Below, one piece after another: positions 42,337 to 52,749 of a DNA stretch of 64,000 nucleotides; positions within the stretch are counted from its first letter, which is position 1, and every line of letters begins with the position of its first letter. The position numbers and the translations under genes are program-made. Location: positions 1,728,001-1,792,000 of the forward strand of contig CBDCMT010000001.1 in the NCBI GenBank assembly GCA_965219095.1. The letters are read 5' to 3'. The DNA is from Bdellovibrionales bacterium. Lineage in GTDB: Bacteria > Bdellovibrionota > Bdellovibrionia > Bdellovibrionales > UBA1609. The notes under the pieces are model-generated. The model was not told where the DNA came from. It made no database searches and saw only the letters and a program-made list of their open reading frames with translations.

Positions 42337-43750
42337 TACCATTTCCAAAAATTAATTCGACATTTTTTTAACGTATTGCGTCCTGGCTTTTTGATAAAAC
42401 TCTGTTAAATTTTTAGAGTCATGTCGAAAAAAGATTTAGTTACACAGATTCAAGGGTATAATTTTCTAGCTACTTACAAAGTAGAAAGAAGTGCCAACAT
42501 CAAGACAAAATTATTGGCTTTGCAGCATATGCAAGAAGGAAAATCGATTCAAGAAACAGCAGGTATGGTTTTGTATCACCGTCACAGTATCAAATCCTGG
42601 TTACAGTCTTTTTTTGTAGACTTTGATTACGAGGGATTGATAGATCGAGAAGGCAGAGGACGCAAGCCTCGTTTGCCAGTGACAGAAGAAGAGAACTTCA
42701 AAATCAAGTTAGATGAAATTCAAGACAAAAGAGAGGGAGGAAGCATAGGAGCAAAGGAAATACAGAAACTTTTAGCAGATGAATTTAACTGTTGCTATTC
42801 TCTTTCTGGGGTTTATGTTTCTTTAGACCGCCTTAATATTGTATGGATCAGTGGTCGTTCTCTTCATCCTAAAAGTTCATTAAGAAGCTATGGAACAGTT
42901 TAAGGAACATTTTCCAGAAGAGGTGGAGAAAATAAAAGAAAAGATTCAGACTCATAAAATAGAGATTTGGTGGCAGGATGAATGCAGAATAAGCTCAGCA
43001 AGGTTCTTTGAGCAGGATTTGGGCAAGAAAAGGCACACGGCCTAGAGTTGTGAGACAAAGACAATTTTTATCCACTTATATTTTTGGAGCAGTTTGTCCG
43101 GATAAAGATAAAGGCTGTGCTTGGATTTTACCGGAATGTAATTCAGGGATGATGCAAATTCACTTAGATGAGATATCTAAAAATATTCAAGAAAACTATC
43201 ATGGAATTGTTTTAATGGACAGAGCCAGTTGGCATACCACAGAGACTTTGATAGTTCCTAAGAATTTATCCCTGATGCCTTTACCTCCTTATAGTCCAGA
43301 ATTAAATCCCATGGAACAAGTCTGGCAACAATTACGAAGGATCAAATTATCGAATGCATGTTTTAAAAACTATGACCATATAGTGAATACTTGTTGTGAG
43401 GCCTGGAATACTTTTTGCGATCAGGAGGGCAGGATTAAAAAATTATGCACTCGATCTTGGACAAAACAACAAGATGAATCAAGCTTGTAAATTAATTTGA
43501 ACCTATAAATTAAATTGTGTAACTGATTTTTGTCATTTTAAATTTTACCCTCACTTTTTTACACTTATTTTAACCCATCAATCGATTTACACAACAAATA
43601 GATATACCTGAAATAAACTTATCTTATGAAAACTTAAACTCACCTTAAAAGAAGTTTTTTTAAAACCTCCTAACTGAAACTTTTCCTTAAGTCAATTTTA
43701 AAATTTTAAATTTGAACATGAAAATGTCGAATTAATTTCTGTAATTGGTA
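42337..43750 (+). mobile_element. IS630-family IS, copy B, inserted into an inverted fragment of itself
   Basis: TIRs and TAA duplication; flanks rejoin to GGAGG-TAA-AGGCATC as in copy A orfB. Confidence 0.92.
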
Positions 43751-43981
43751 TAAAGGCATCAGAGATAAATTCTTAGGAACTATTACAATTTAAACCCTGA
43801 TCAAAGAAATATCTATAAAAAATTAGGCCTGAAATCCATTTTAACCCCTAAAATCCTATAACGCACCGTTTAAAATGTAGTGATCACGGTTTTACGTAAC
43901 CACTTGAAATCATTAGATTCTTGAAAAGAAAACGTTGAAGTCGGGACAGCACAGCCTGAGTCTTCTAAAGGGGAACAATAA

Positions 43982-44569
43982 TTGAAGAAAATAATTTTTT
44001 TAGGTATTTTAATAATATCACAACTTGCATATGCTTCAAGAGAGCCTTTGCCTAACTTCGAACTCAACTCTGCAGATGGGCTTTTTAGAATTCGTCCAAC
44101 TAAAGATGGTTCGCATCTGGTGATTCATTTAAAAACCCCTTTTTATGAAGATAGTCTAGACAGACAACTAAGAAGACTTGGTTATCCAATATTGGTGGAT
44201 GAAACAGTTACGATTCGAATACCAACTAGTCTCCCCCCTGCGTTGCAATATGAAGAAGATAATTATTTAATTTCTTTTGATAGTTGGTATGCAGAAAATA
44301 AAAAACAAATGGCCCTTATGTTCCGTACTGAGAAAGGAGAAAATTATATAGGAGAAAAAAATAATCTCCAGATTGTTTTGTCGACCACTTACGTCACTAA
44401 AAAATACGCAGGTTTAATTAGCGATTTTGGACGACCTACACCAATAGAGCATTCAGTTAAAGTGGCCTTGAAAGTGGAATTTTATGATAAAGAAAATGAA
44501 AAAGATATAAGGCTTGTTTTAGGTAAATCATTTTTTCTTAGATATGAGTATGACAAGGTGCAACCATAA
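43982..44569 (+). CDS. Hypothetical secreted protein, paralog 1
   Basis: Signal peptide; first 26 aa same as 45223-45750. Confidence 0.72.
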   Translation: MKKIIFLGILIISQLAYASREPLPNFELNSADGLFRIRPTKDGSHLVIHLKTPFYEDSLDRQLRRLGYPILVDETVTIRIPTSLPPALQYEEDNYLISFDSWYAENKKQMALMFRTEKGENYIGEKNNLQIVLSTTYVTKKYAGLISDFGRPTPIEHSVKVALKVEFYDKENEKDIRLVLGKSFFLRYEYDKVQP

Positions 44570-44812
44570 GACTTTTTAGTGATTCTAACAGAGAGCATTC
44601 GGTGGGGTGCTCCCTGTATTGGAAGATAGCAGTCTAGGCTGGAAAGTAGTTGTGTGAAGCAGCCTTGTTGTACACAGGCGTTTTAGATCAAGTCACAACT
44701 ATACACATGTTGATTCATTTCATTATTCTATTTTATTGTACAATTTTATTGAAATTATATCATTTTAGAAAACAAATAGAGTGTGCTAGAAAGATTCTAG
44801 AGGAGAAAAAAC

Positions 44813-45097
44813 TTGAATTTTAATAAGAGACTAAAAGCTTTAAGACAAGGTCAAGGTTGGACGGTAAAAAGTACAGCTGAGAAACTCGGAGTTCCGGAAA
44901 CTACCTATCGAGAGTGGGAGTATGGGAGAGCGATTCAAGGAGAGGAGCCGTATCCAAAAATCGCCTCACTCTTTAATCTTAGTCTATTTGAGCTTATTAC
45001 AGGGAAAAAACCGGATCAGAATAAAATTTTTAGAGAGCTTGAACTCTTGGAAGAAAAGGTAAAAAACATAAAAAAAGACCTAATGTCGTTTTTTTAA
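44813..45097 (+). CDS. XRE-family HTH regulator
   Basis: LKALR..AEKLGV..TYREWEYG pattern; SD GAGGAG. Confidence 0.85.
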   Translation: MNFNKRLKALRQGQGWTVKSTAEKLGVPETTYREWEYGRAIQGEEPYPKIASLFNLSLFELITGKKPDQNKIFRELELLEEKVKNIKKDLMSFF

Positions 45098-45222
45098 AGT
45101 GAAAGGAGGATTTTTAATAGATAAGAATAGTTTTTTCAAGTAAAGAGTATCAAGCAAAGTAGGAGGAGAACAAAATAAACAAAATAAATATAAACAAAAT
45201 AACAAAATAGGAGGATAAAATA

Positions 45223-45750
45223 ATGAAAAAAATAATTTTTTTAGGTATTTTAATAATATCACAACTTGCATATGCTTCAAGAGAGCCTTTGCCTAACTTC
45301 GAATTCAGCTCTGTAGGGGAACTTCTTAGAGTTCGCCCAGCTGAAGATGATTCGAATCAATTGGTGATTGATTTACTAAGCCATTTTAATGAAAATAGTT
45401 TAGCCAGACGACTAAGAAGCATTGGTTTTCCAATAGGGCAGTATGAAACGATTACGATTCGAATACCAACCACTAAGTTGAGGTATAGAGGTGATTATTT
45501 ATTTTACTTTAATTCTGACCGCTTATTACCACATGAAAAAACACAGGTTGCACTTATGTTTCGTAGTGCTGAGAAAAGAGAAAATTATGTTTTAAGAGAA
45601 GAGATTGCTGATTTTTACTTGTGGACCTCTGAGGTCACTATAACAGACGCACGTTATGATGGTTTGGTAAAGAGTCAACTTAGAGTGTTCTTTCAAATTC
45701 GGTTTGAGGGTGAAGAAAATATTGGGGTTAATGTAGAAGAAAGATTTTAG
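45223..45750 (+). CDS. Hypothetical secreted protein, paralog 2
   Basis: Signal peptide; SD AGGAGG. Confidence 0.75.
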   Translation: MKKIIFLGILIISQLAYASREPLPNFEFSSVGELLRVRPAEDDSNQLVIDLLSHFNENSLARRLRSIGFPIGQYETITIRIPTTKLRYRGDYLFYFNSDRLLPHEKTQVALMFRSAEKRENYVLREEIADFYLWTSEVTITDARYDGLVKSQLRVFFQIRFEGEENIGVNVEERF

Positions 45751-46009
45751 TGGTTAGCAGAACCCACCCATAAGATCTTTTAGAGTCTAACAGGGAGCAT
45801 CCGGTGGGATGTTTCCTGTGTTGTGAAGATAGCAGTCTAGCTAGGCTGGAAAGTAACTGTAACTATCACACATTAAGTGCAAGAAGTTAAAAGCATCTTT
45901 AGTTGTAATAGACGTTATATGATCTGACAGTTACCCTTTAGCCAGTAAATTTTTTTCATAACTTCACCTTAGAAGAACTGTAAAAGAATTAACTGGTCAG
46001 AACACTAGT

Positions 46010-46480
46010 GGAGCTCGGCGTGGAGAAAGTCGTGCTGTGGGAAAATCTAGAGGTGGATCCACAACAAAAATACACATGGCCTCTGATGCACATGGAAATC
46101 CGCTCTGTTTTAAAATCACTGAGAGTGAAGTGCACGACAGTCAAGTTGCAGGTGATTTAATTGATGAGTTTCATAGTGAGTATTTGATTGCTGACAAGGC
46201 CTATGACTCGGATGAGATACGAGATAAGGCTCGTAGTAAGAAGGTAAAGCCTGTGATACCGAGACGAAAAAATAGCAAAAAGAAAAATAAAGATTTTGAT
46301 CGTCATATCTATAAATCTCGACATCAGATAGAAAACCTTTTTGCTCGTCTTAAGCATTTTAGAGGTATTGCCACTCGATTTGAAAAGCTTGCTAGAAATT
46401 TCAAAGCTATGCTATCTATAGCATGTATGTTTATTTGGCTTAAACTTCAAAGTAAAGGTCCAGTCAAATGAGGACACGCC
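46010..46480 (+). mobile_element. IS5-family 3' half
   Basis: GKSRGGSTTKIH and ADKAYD motifs; TIR AAATGAGGACACGCC. Confidence 0.88.
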
Positions 46481-46654
46481 TTAATTATATTAGGTAATTG
46501 CACTCGCTGTACTGCTCTGAAACACTGAACTCAGGATTTATTTTTTGGGGTTAGCAGATTTTAACTTGACATAATAAGGAAAAGTAATGTAAGGAGGGGT
46601 ACTAATAGAAAAATAGAAATTAAATAATATAAATAAAATAAGGAGGAAAAAGTA

Positions 46655-47188
46655 ATGAAAATAATTAATTTTATCATTTTTGGAGTAGCGACTTTACTGT
46701 TAGTGACAGCTTCTTCTGATTCTGAAAATCCAAGTGATCATTTTAAAGCGATAGCGTCCAAGAATGCAGTAAGTGTGGAGGGTTTTAAATACGACCATTG
46801 GCATCAAGAAAAGATAAGTGCAGAAGAATGTATATTTGAATCTGCATTTCGTAAATATCCTAATGGAACAGAAGTAGTTAAAGTTTATATTGAAAGCGAC
46901 AAAAACGCTGAGATTAGTGTTGGCATGGCTCTTCAAAGAGAGAAGTACCCATTGGTTGATGGATATGACGGTGGTGACGTTAAATATAAAAACGGAGTTC
47001 TTTCTTTTGAGTATATAGAAGATGGTAGCACGCTGTCCATTAAGGTGACTGTTGATAATCACTTAAAGTCTCCCCAAAAAGTTGAATTGAAAAAGACATA
47101 CACTGGATTGAGAAGAAAACCTTATCGACATTATGTAACAGACTTTGTATTGACACAGTTATCTTGTGATTTTTCATCAGAAGAGTAG
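46655..47188 (+). CDS. Hypothetical secreted protein
   Basis: Signal peptide-like N-terminus; SD AGGAGG. Confidence 0.7.
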   Translation: MKIINFIIFGVATLLLVTASSDSENPSDHFKAIASKNAVSVEGFKYDHWHQEKISAEECIFESAFRKYPNGTEVVKVYIESDKNAEISVGMALQREKYPLVDGYDGGDVKYKNGVLSFEYIEDGSTLSIKVTVDNHLKSPQKVELKKTYTGLRRKPYRHYVTDFVLTQLSCDFSSEE

Positions 47189-47542
47189 ATAATAAACAAG
47201 GGGGGTACCATCTATTTTTAAGTCTGTGTCCCTGGTTTTTAGTTTAAATGGCTCCTGACTTCGACACAATACATAGAGATAAATCAATAATTACAATAGG
47301 TTAAGAGATTCTGGGGTCACAGAATCAGGATCATTTATTTGGTGGGTGGAGTTTTGTGAAAGAAGCCTCATGGTAGAGTTTCTTTGAAGGTGAACGGCTT
47401 GATGGAGTCTGTGTTTCATCGTATAGGAGTGGCATAGGCTAAAAAACAGATTGCTATGTGAGCTTCTGTCTTTTCTTCCAATAATAAATAGGCCTCGAAT
47501 AATAGGAATAGATTTTATAGACAATCAATAAAGAAAGAGTTA

Positions 47543-48310
47543 GGCATTGTTAAAAAATAACTTAGATATTTCAGATTTTATGTCGTAAGATTTACATGTG
47601 CTATCAGAGAAAGATCGTCAATTAAGATTAAAGCTCACAACGACTTTTCATTTATTAAACGAAAAGCAAAGGAGGATTTTAGCTGCGGCAGAGTCGAAAG
47701 CCTATGGTCGTAGTGGCATAAGCAAGGATGATTTCTCAGATCCAGAAGTTCCAAGAGTGATACCTTACGGTGTTTATGATTTGTCTTTAAATGCATGGGT
47801 CAATGTAGGAGTAAGTGCTAATACAGCAGAATTTTCTGTTTCAAGCATTAAAAAGTAGTGGAGGTATATGGGAAAAATCTTATCCTAATGCTACACAAAT
47901 TTTAATTTGTGCAGACAGTGGGGGAAGTAATGGATATCGTCTTCATTTATGGAAGTATGAGTTACAGAAATGGTGTGATGTAGTAGGATTAAAGGTTCAT
48001 GTTTGTCACTTTCCTCCTGGAACAAGCAAATGGAATAAAATTGAACATCGTCTTTTTTCGTATATTTCAAAAAATTGGAGAGGACGTTCTTTGATTAATT
48101 ATATGACTGTAGTCAATTTAATATCTAAGACGAAACCAAAATCAGGCCTAAAAGTCAAAGCTTGTTTAGATAGAAGGAAATACAAAAAAGGAAAAACAGT
48201 GTCTAAAAAAGAGATGGAATCTATAAAAATTAGGAGAGAAGCATTTCATGGCGAGTGGAATTATAAAATACTACCCCACTAAAGTGTCTAAGTTATTTTT
48301 TAACAGTGCT
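47543..48310 (+). mobile_element. ISAzo13-family element, deleted and frameshifted
   Basis: ADSGGSNG, HFPPGTSKWNKIEHRLFS and FHGEWNY; TIRs GCATTGTTAAAAAATAACTTAGA / TCTAAGTTATTTTTAACAGTGC. Confidence 0.87.
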
Positions 48311-48570
48311 TAACGTAAGTGTTTTTTAAAAGCAACCTTGCTAAAAAAAGTGTCTTATTTTGAGTTTGAACTGCACTGAAAAAATGGAGTCACAATTAAC
48401 GTATACATTGTGTGAATGTAAGTCGGTTTCTTAACAGCCCTTGACTCCTACTAAGAAGGATGTTTCTTAGATTTTAAAGGAAAATTTTTTAAGGCAATTG
48501 ACATTGATTAGAGTTTAGACAATAAAAACTTATCATTTTACTCATTAATATCATATAGTTACAGAGCTTC

Positions 48571-48669
48571 TTGTCGCAAGTCTGTCGCAAGTTTGTCGCA
48601 AGTCTGTCGCAAGTTTGTCGCAAGTTTGTCGCAAGTTTGTCGCAAGTTTGTCGCAAGTTTGTCGCAAGT
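48571..48669. repeat. 11-bp tandem repeat (Y)TGTCGCAAGT x9 abutting the fic stop codon
   Basis: Counted directly. Confidence 0.95.
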
Positions 48670-49767
48670 TTAAAGATCGTTTTTAAGATAATAGACTCTC
48701 TGATTTGTAGCACCTTGAGAAACTATAATCTGTTTATCAATCAAATCTTTCAGAACTCTTTGTAGAGTTCTTCTTGTCACCTTAGATATTGTCTTATTTT
48801 TCATATTTTTATCTACTCGCCCCATCCTTATACAAATCTTGTCAAAGTCTTTAGAAGCAAGGCTTTCATGTTCTAAAATATGCTCAATAATTACTCTCTG
48901 TCGCTTCGACAGGCTGTATTTCTCTACAAGAGCATCTTTACGAATGACCTTTTTCCCTACAGCCATAACTTCGTTCATTTGAAATAAGAACCCTTCTATA
49001 AAGTACTCAAGCCAAACTGTCATGTCCATATCATTTTCTCTCACAGCTTGGATAGCGTTATAAAAGGACATACGATCTTTATCGTAATACTCACTAATAG
49101 AAAAAAGACGTTTAAAATCATAATCTGATTTATAAAGATATAAGGCACAAAGTAATCGAGAGGTGCGTCCATTTCCGTCAATAAATGGATGAATGTGTAC
49201 AAATTGAAATTGAATGATTCCGCTTTTTAATATAGAGTTGATTTTTGATTCTTCGTTAATCCAAGTAACGAATTCTCTCATAAGCCGAGGAATGTCTTCT
49301 GGTTTAGGGGGAGTATAAATAACTTTTTCAGTTAAAGAGTTGACAACATAATTTTGAACATCTCTATAAATTCCAGGTTTGGCACTGTCTCCACGCACTC
49401 CTTTTACAAGCTCTTTATGAATAGACTTAATAAGAATCTCTTCGATTCTTTCATTTGTCTTTAAATGATTTGAAATAAGATGAAAGGCATCCTTATAGTT
49501 CTTTAACTCTTTTACATCTTCTTTATCAACTCTAGAAATAGTTTTCCCTTGTAAGATTTTTTTTGATTGATCTAGAGTTAGCTGTGTTCCTTCTATATGA
49601 GTTGTATGATGAGTTTCTACAAGGAAAGCATTACGGCTCATCTTTTTAATCCATTTATCAGAAAGTTTAGCAGCCTCTAGAAAACCTCTAGCTTTTTCAA
49701 TTTCCATAAGATTGTTCAACATGGATTGAGTAATTATAAATTTGGGATTGAACTTTTTGTTGCTCAT
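48670..49767 (-). CDS. Fic-domain protein with C-terminal wHTH
   Basis: HPFIDGNGRTSR catalytic motif; TTHIEG inhibitory-helix-like motif; RRTLQRVLKDL. Confidence 0.92.
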   Translation of the reverse strand: MSNKKFNPKFIITQSMLNNLMEIEKARGFLEAAKLSDKWIKKMSRNAFLVETHHTTHIEGTQLTLDQSKKILQGKTISRVDKEDVKELKNYKDAFHLISNHLKTNERIEEILIKSIHKELVKGVRGDSAKPGIYRDVQNYVVNSLTEKVIYTPPKPEDIPRLMREFVTWINEESKINSILKSGIIQFQFVHIHPFIDGNGRTSRLLCALYLYKSDYDFKRLFSISEYYDKDRMSFYNAIQAVRENDMDMTVWLEYFIEGFLFQMNEVMAVGKKVIRKDALVEKYSLSKRQRVIIEHILEHESLASKDFDKICIRMGRVDKNMKNKTISKVTRRTLQRVLKDLIDKQIIVSQGATNQRVYYLKNDL

Positions 49768-49986
49768 TTCTTACTCAAAATAGAATCTATGATTTCATGA
49801 ACACTTTGCCCTGTTTCATCTTGAGAGACAGCGAAGTGCCAAGTGCCATTTTCCTCATCTCGACTGACAGCCTTTATCCAAGAGTTCATATAGTCCCATT
49901 TAGACTCATCTTTGTCTTTTTTTTGACCTTTGACTTCAAGTATTAGATGGGTCTTATCAGAAATTTTTACTATAAAGTCAGGTATA

Positions 49987-50056
49987 TAGTGAATACGCTT
50001 AGATTTTCCAGTCGATTCTCTAGAGAAAAAACCTGAAAACTTAAACGGAAGCACTA
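49987..50056. mobile_element. 70-bp TA-flanked MITE
   Basis: Imperfect TIRs TAGTGAATACGCTTAGATTTTC / GAAAACTTAAACGGAAGCACTA; TA duplicated. Confidence 0.7.
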
Positions 50057-50060
50057 TATA

Positions 50061-51206
50061 TACTGATTGCACTTCAAAACCCACACATTAATTTTTTAGG
50101 AAAAATCATATACATGGAAGTTGTAGGTCAAGAGGTTGCTTAATTCTTTGTTATATTTTCTTGAGGATCGAAAAAAAGAGGCGCAAGCAGTTTGAAATTC
50201 ATCAAATGTTTTATAGTATTTGTTGTAAAAAACCTTTTTCTTGAAAAACCTCCAATATCTCTCTATGGGATTAAGATTAGGGCTGTAAGATGGCAAAAAA
50301 ATTAACGTTATATTTAGCTTTTTAGCTGTTTTCTTCACTAAAGCTGACTGATGAGTTCGTGCTTGATCTAACACTACAACAAGCTCTTTGGAAGAACCAG
50401 ATTGAAGTCTCAGATCTTTTAAAAACCGAGACACCGTAAACTGATTAATCGTCTTATAACTCCTGATGATTTGTTTATGATTGTTAATATTGATTGCTCC
50501 TAAATAATTGATCCTGCGACCAGCTGAGTTAGTTAAAACTCCCTTCTCCTCACCCTTCTTGATCCATGCATAAGAGAGTACTGTGTTATGGGTTGGATGA
50601 GTCGCATCCAAAAAGTAAATATCGCTCTTTTTCTTTCTTCTTAGACAAAGCTTCTTAATGAACTTTAATTGATCTTCTTTTTTAGCTTTTCCTGGAACTC
50701 CTTTGGTCTTCTTATAAACAAAGTCCAGGCGGTTAAGTAAGGTGCCACTTTCTGAATATTCTACTCTGAAAGTTTTCTTTATATACACACCAATGTCCTG
50801 ACTTTATGATAAAGATTCTTACTCAAATGGGACGAAAGGGCTTTTTCCTCTTTAAAAAAAAGCTTAGAACGTTTAGTGCTATTCTCATAGGAATCTGCTA
50901 TTAAAAGGTCTATTCCTCCTTCTTTATACTTCTGAAGCCATCGGTTAATAGAACCAGGATCAAGAAAAAATAGCTCCGATATCTTATGCTGACTATAACC
51001 ATCATCCAATAGAAGAATGATATGGAGCCGATAAGCGTATCTTTTCTTATCTTCTCGCTTTAATGCTGACGAAAGTTCTTGACGCTTTTTTTTGATAACA
51101 AGGCTCCCATAAAAAATATTGTTTACATAAAACTCTGTGTTATCAAGACATTTTAACAAAAACTAGACCTCACTCTCTGTATGTGGATTTTGAAGTGCAA
51201 TCAGTA
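50061..51206 (-). mobile_element. Second IS630-family IS, frameshifted, TA target
   Basis: TIRs TACTGATTGCACTTCAAAA / TTTTGAAGTGCAATCAGTA; FLDATHP, LDQARTH and YSPNLNPIER. Confidence 0.9.
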
Positions 51207-51583
51207 TAGTTACGAAAAGTCCCATTATGCACATACTGTATTTCAAAGCCTAAATGATCATTTTTCCTCCACGCCTCAATACTTTTATTCTTATCTAACT
51301 CTCTTGCATGAGTTAGCTTCCAAGTGCTATCAGCGACACATCTATTCATATGTGCTTTTTTAAAAATATCAGTTTTCTTTTTTGTTCTCCATTCTAAGGC
51401 ATCTTTAATTGACCTGTATTTAGGGTTTCTATAGATAGGAGTAAGTTCTTCTGAGTTTTGGTGGGTAATAGCTGAAAAGACTTTTCTAACGATTTCCTCC
51501 ATTCCCATCATGATGGCTATTTTTGTCTTGTTCCCATCTTGATGAAAAGACTGAGGTTCAGTTTGAAATCTGTTAGAACTTAA

Positions 51584-52686
51584 GGCTCCTCCCGGGAATC
51601 TGTGGGTGAAAAGTAGTAGAAATCCCCCAAAAGAGCTCATATTAATCAAAGTAAGAGTAAGACATTCTATCTTGTATTTTTGAGTTCTTTGAGGCCCTTA
51701 CTGGCCTCTATCACCTCCGGTGATTGAACTCAAAAACATTCATTTTATTTGCTTTTATTTGCTGTGTTACATTAAAATTTTAAAAAAGAAGCACCTACTT
51801 CCCAGATGCCTTAAAATGTTATTCAAAAAAAAAAAAAAAGGAGGGAAGAGATGCTTTTGAAGACTATACTAAATGATTGTTTAAGATGGAAGTCTTTTGT
51901 ATACGGAGACATTTATTTTTCAAAAGATAGAAAGTCAATTAATGTTCCTATTAAGGCTCGTAAAAATGGCCAAGCTTTTTGTAGTGTTTGTAAGAAGCCC
52001 TGTTCAGTGTATGACAGCAGTAAATCATCACGGGACTTTGAATCCCTTCCTATTTTAAGTTACAGGGTGTTTTTTGTTTATTTTGTAAGAAGAGTTAATT
52101 GTTCTTGCTGTGGGGTAAAAGTTGAGTATTTACCTTGGGCCGATGGTAAGAAGAGTTTAACGATCTTTTACATGAAGTACTTAGCAGACTGGTGTCGTCA
52201 CCTGTCTTGGAAAGAGGTTTCTTGTAAGTTTCATGTCAGTTGGAATCAGGTCTATGCTTCGGTAGAATGGGTCGTAGAATATGGTTTAAAACAAAGGGTT
52301 TTAAAGGGGATATATGCTATAGGAGTCGACGAGATACAATGGAAAAAGAACCATCAGTATCTCACCTTAGTCTATGAAATAAGCAAAGAAAGTGTTCGTT
52401 TGCTATGGATAGGAGAAAAAAAACAGAAAAGAGTTTTAGAAAATTCTTTGATTTACTAGGAGAGAAGTCAAAAGAGATACGGTTTGTGTGCTCTGACATG
52501 TGGAAGCCTTATTTAAAAGTCATAAAGGAGAGGGCAAGTGGAGCTTTACACATATTAGATCGGTTTCATATCGTAGCAAGACTCAATAAGGCTTTAGACG
52601 AAGTGAGAGCTTCAGAACACAAAAAAATGAAAGAAGATGGGTATGAACCCCTTTTAACAAGGGCCATCTAGCTTTTGTTAAAAGGG
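51584..52686 (+). mobile_element. ISL3 copy 2, 3'-truncated
   Basis: Near-identical to 8688-9775, with the same A8 frameshift. Confidence 0.9.
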
Positions 52687-52746
52687 TGAACTTCCCCTGT
52701 TTTTGCGGACAGTCAATTTTCTCTTAAAGTCTCCATAAAATGGAGG
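52687..52746 (+). mobile_element. IS3-family left end remnant
   Basis: TGAACTTCCCCTGTTTTTGCGGACAGT is an imperfect inverse of the 21837-21863 terminus. Confidence 0.65.
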
Positions 52747-52749
52747 TAA

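Larger units (their letters stand above)
49764..51583 (-). pseudogene. Second Type III Res subunit, C-terminal part only, hit by a MITE and an IS630 and truncated by ISL3
   Basis: KNDHLGFEIQY..RNY|IPDFIVK..LEVKG rejoins after removing the inserts; paralogous to 28300-28908. Confidence 0.82.

Noticed and set aside
41785..42348. Novel IS630-IS5 fusion transposase
   Set aside because: Chance in-frame join of nested fragments; the start codon lies inside another element's TIR
43982..45860. Integron cassette array with attC sites
   Set aside because: Hairpins lack clear RYYYAAC/GTTRRRY boxes and there is no intI; kept only as cassette-like
48489..48765. Small ORFs with LATNLRQTCDK or SQVCRKFVASL repeats
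   Set aside because: Translation artefacts of the 11-bp array
49764..50084. Independent small nuclease gene
   Set aside because: C-terminus of the interrupted res gene; its N-terminus derives from MITE and IS sequence
21759..52746. IS3 halves as the two sides of a single IS630 insertion
   Set aside because: Both halves abut IS630 left ends and lie in reversed order, so they reflect separate events
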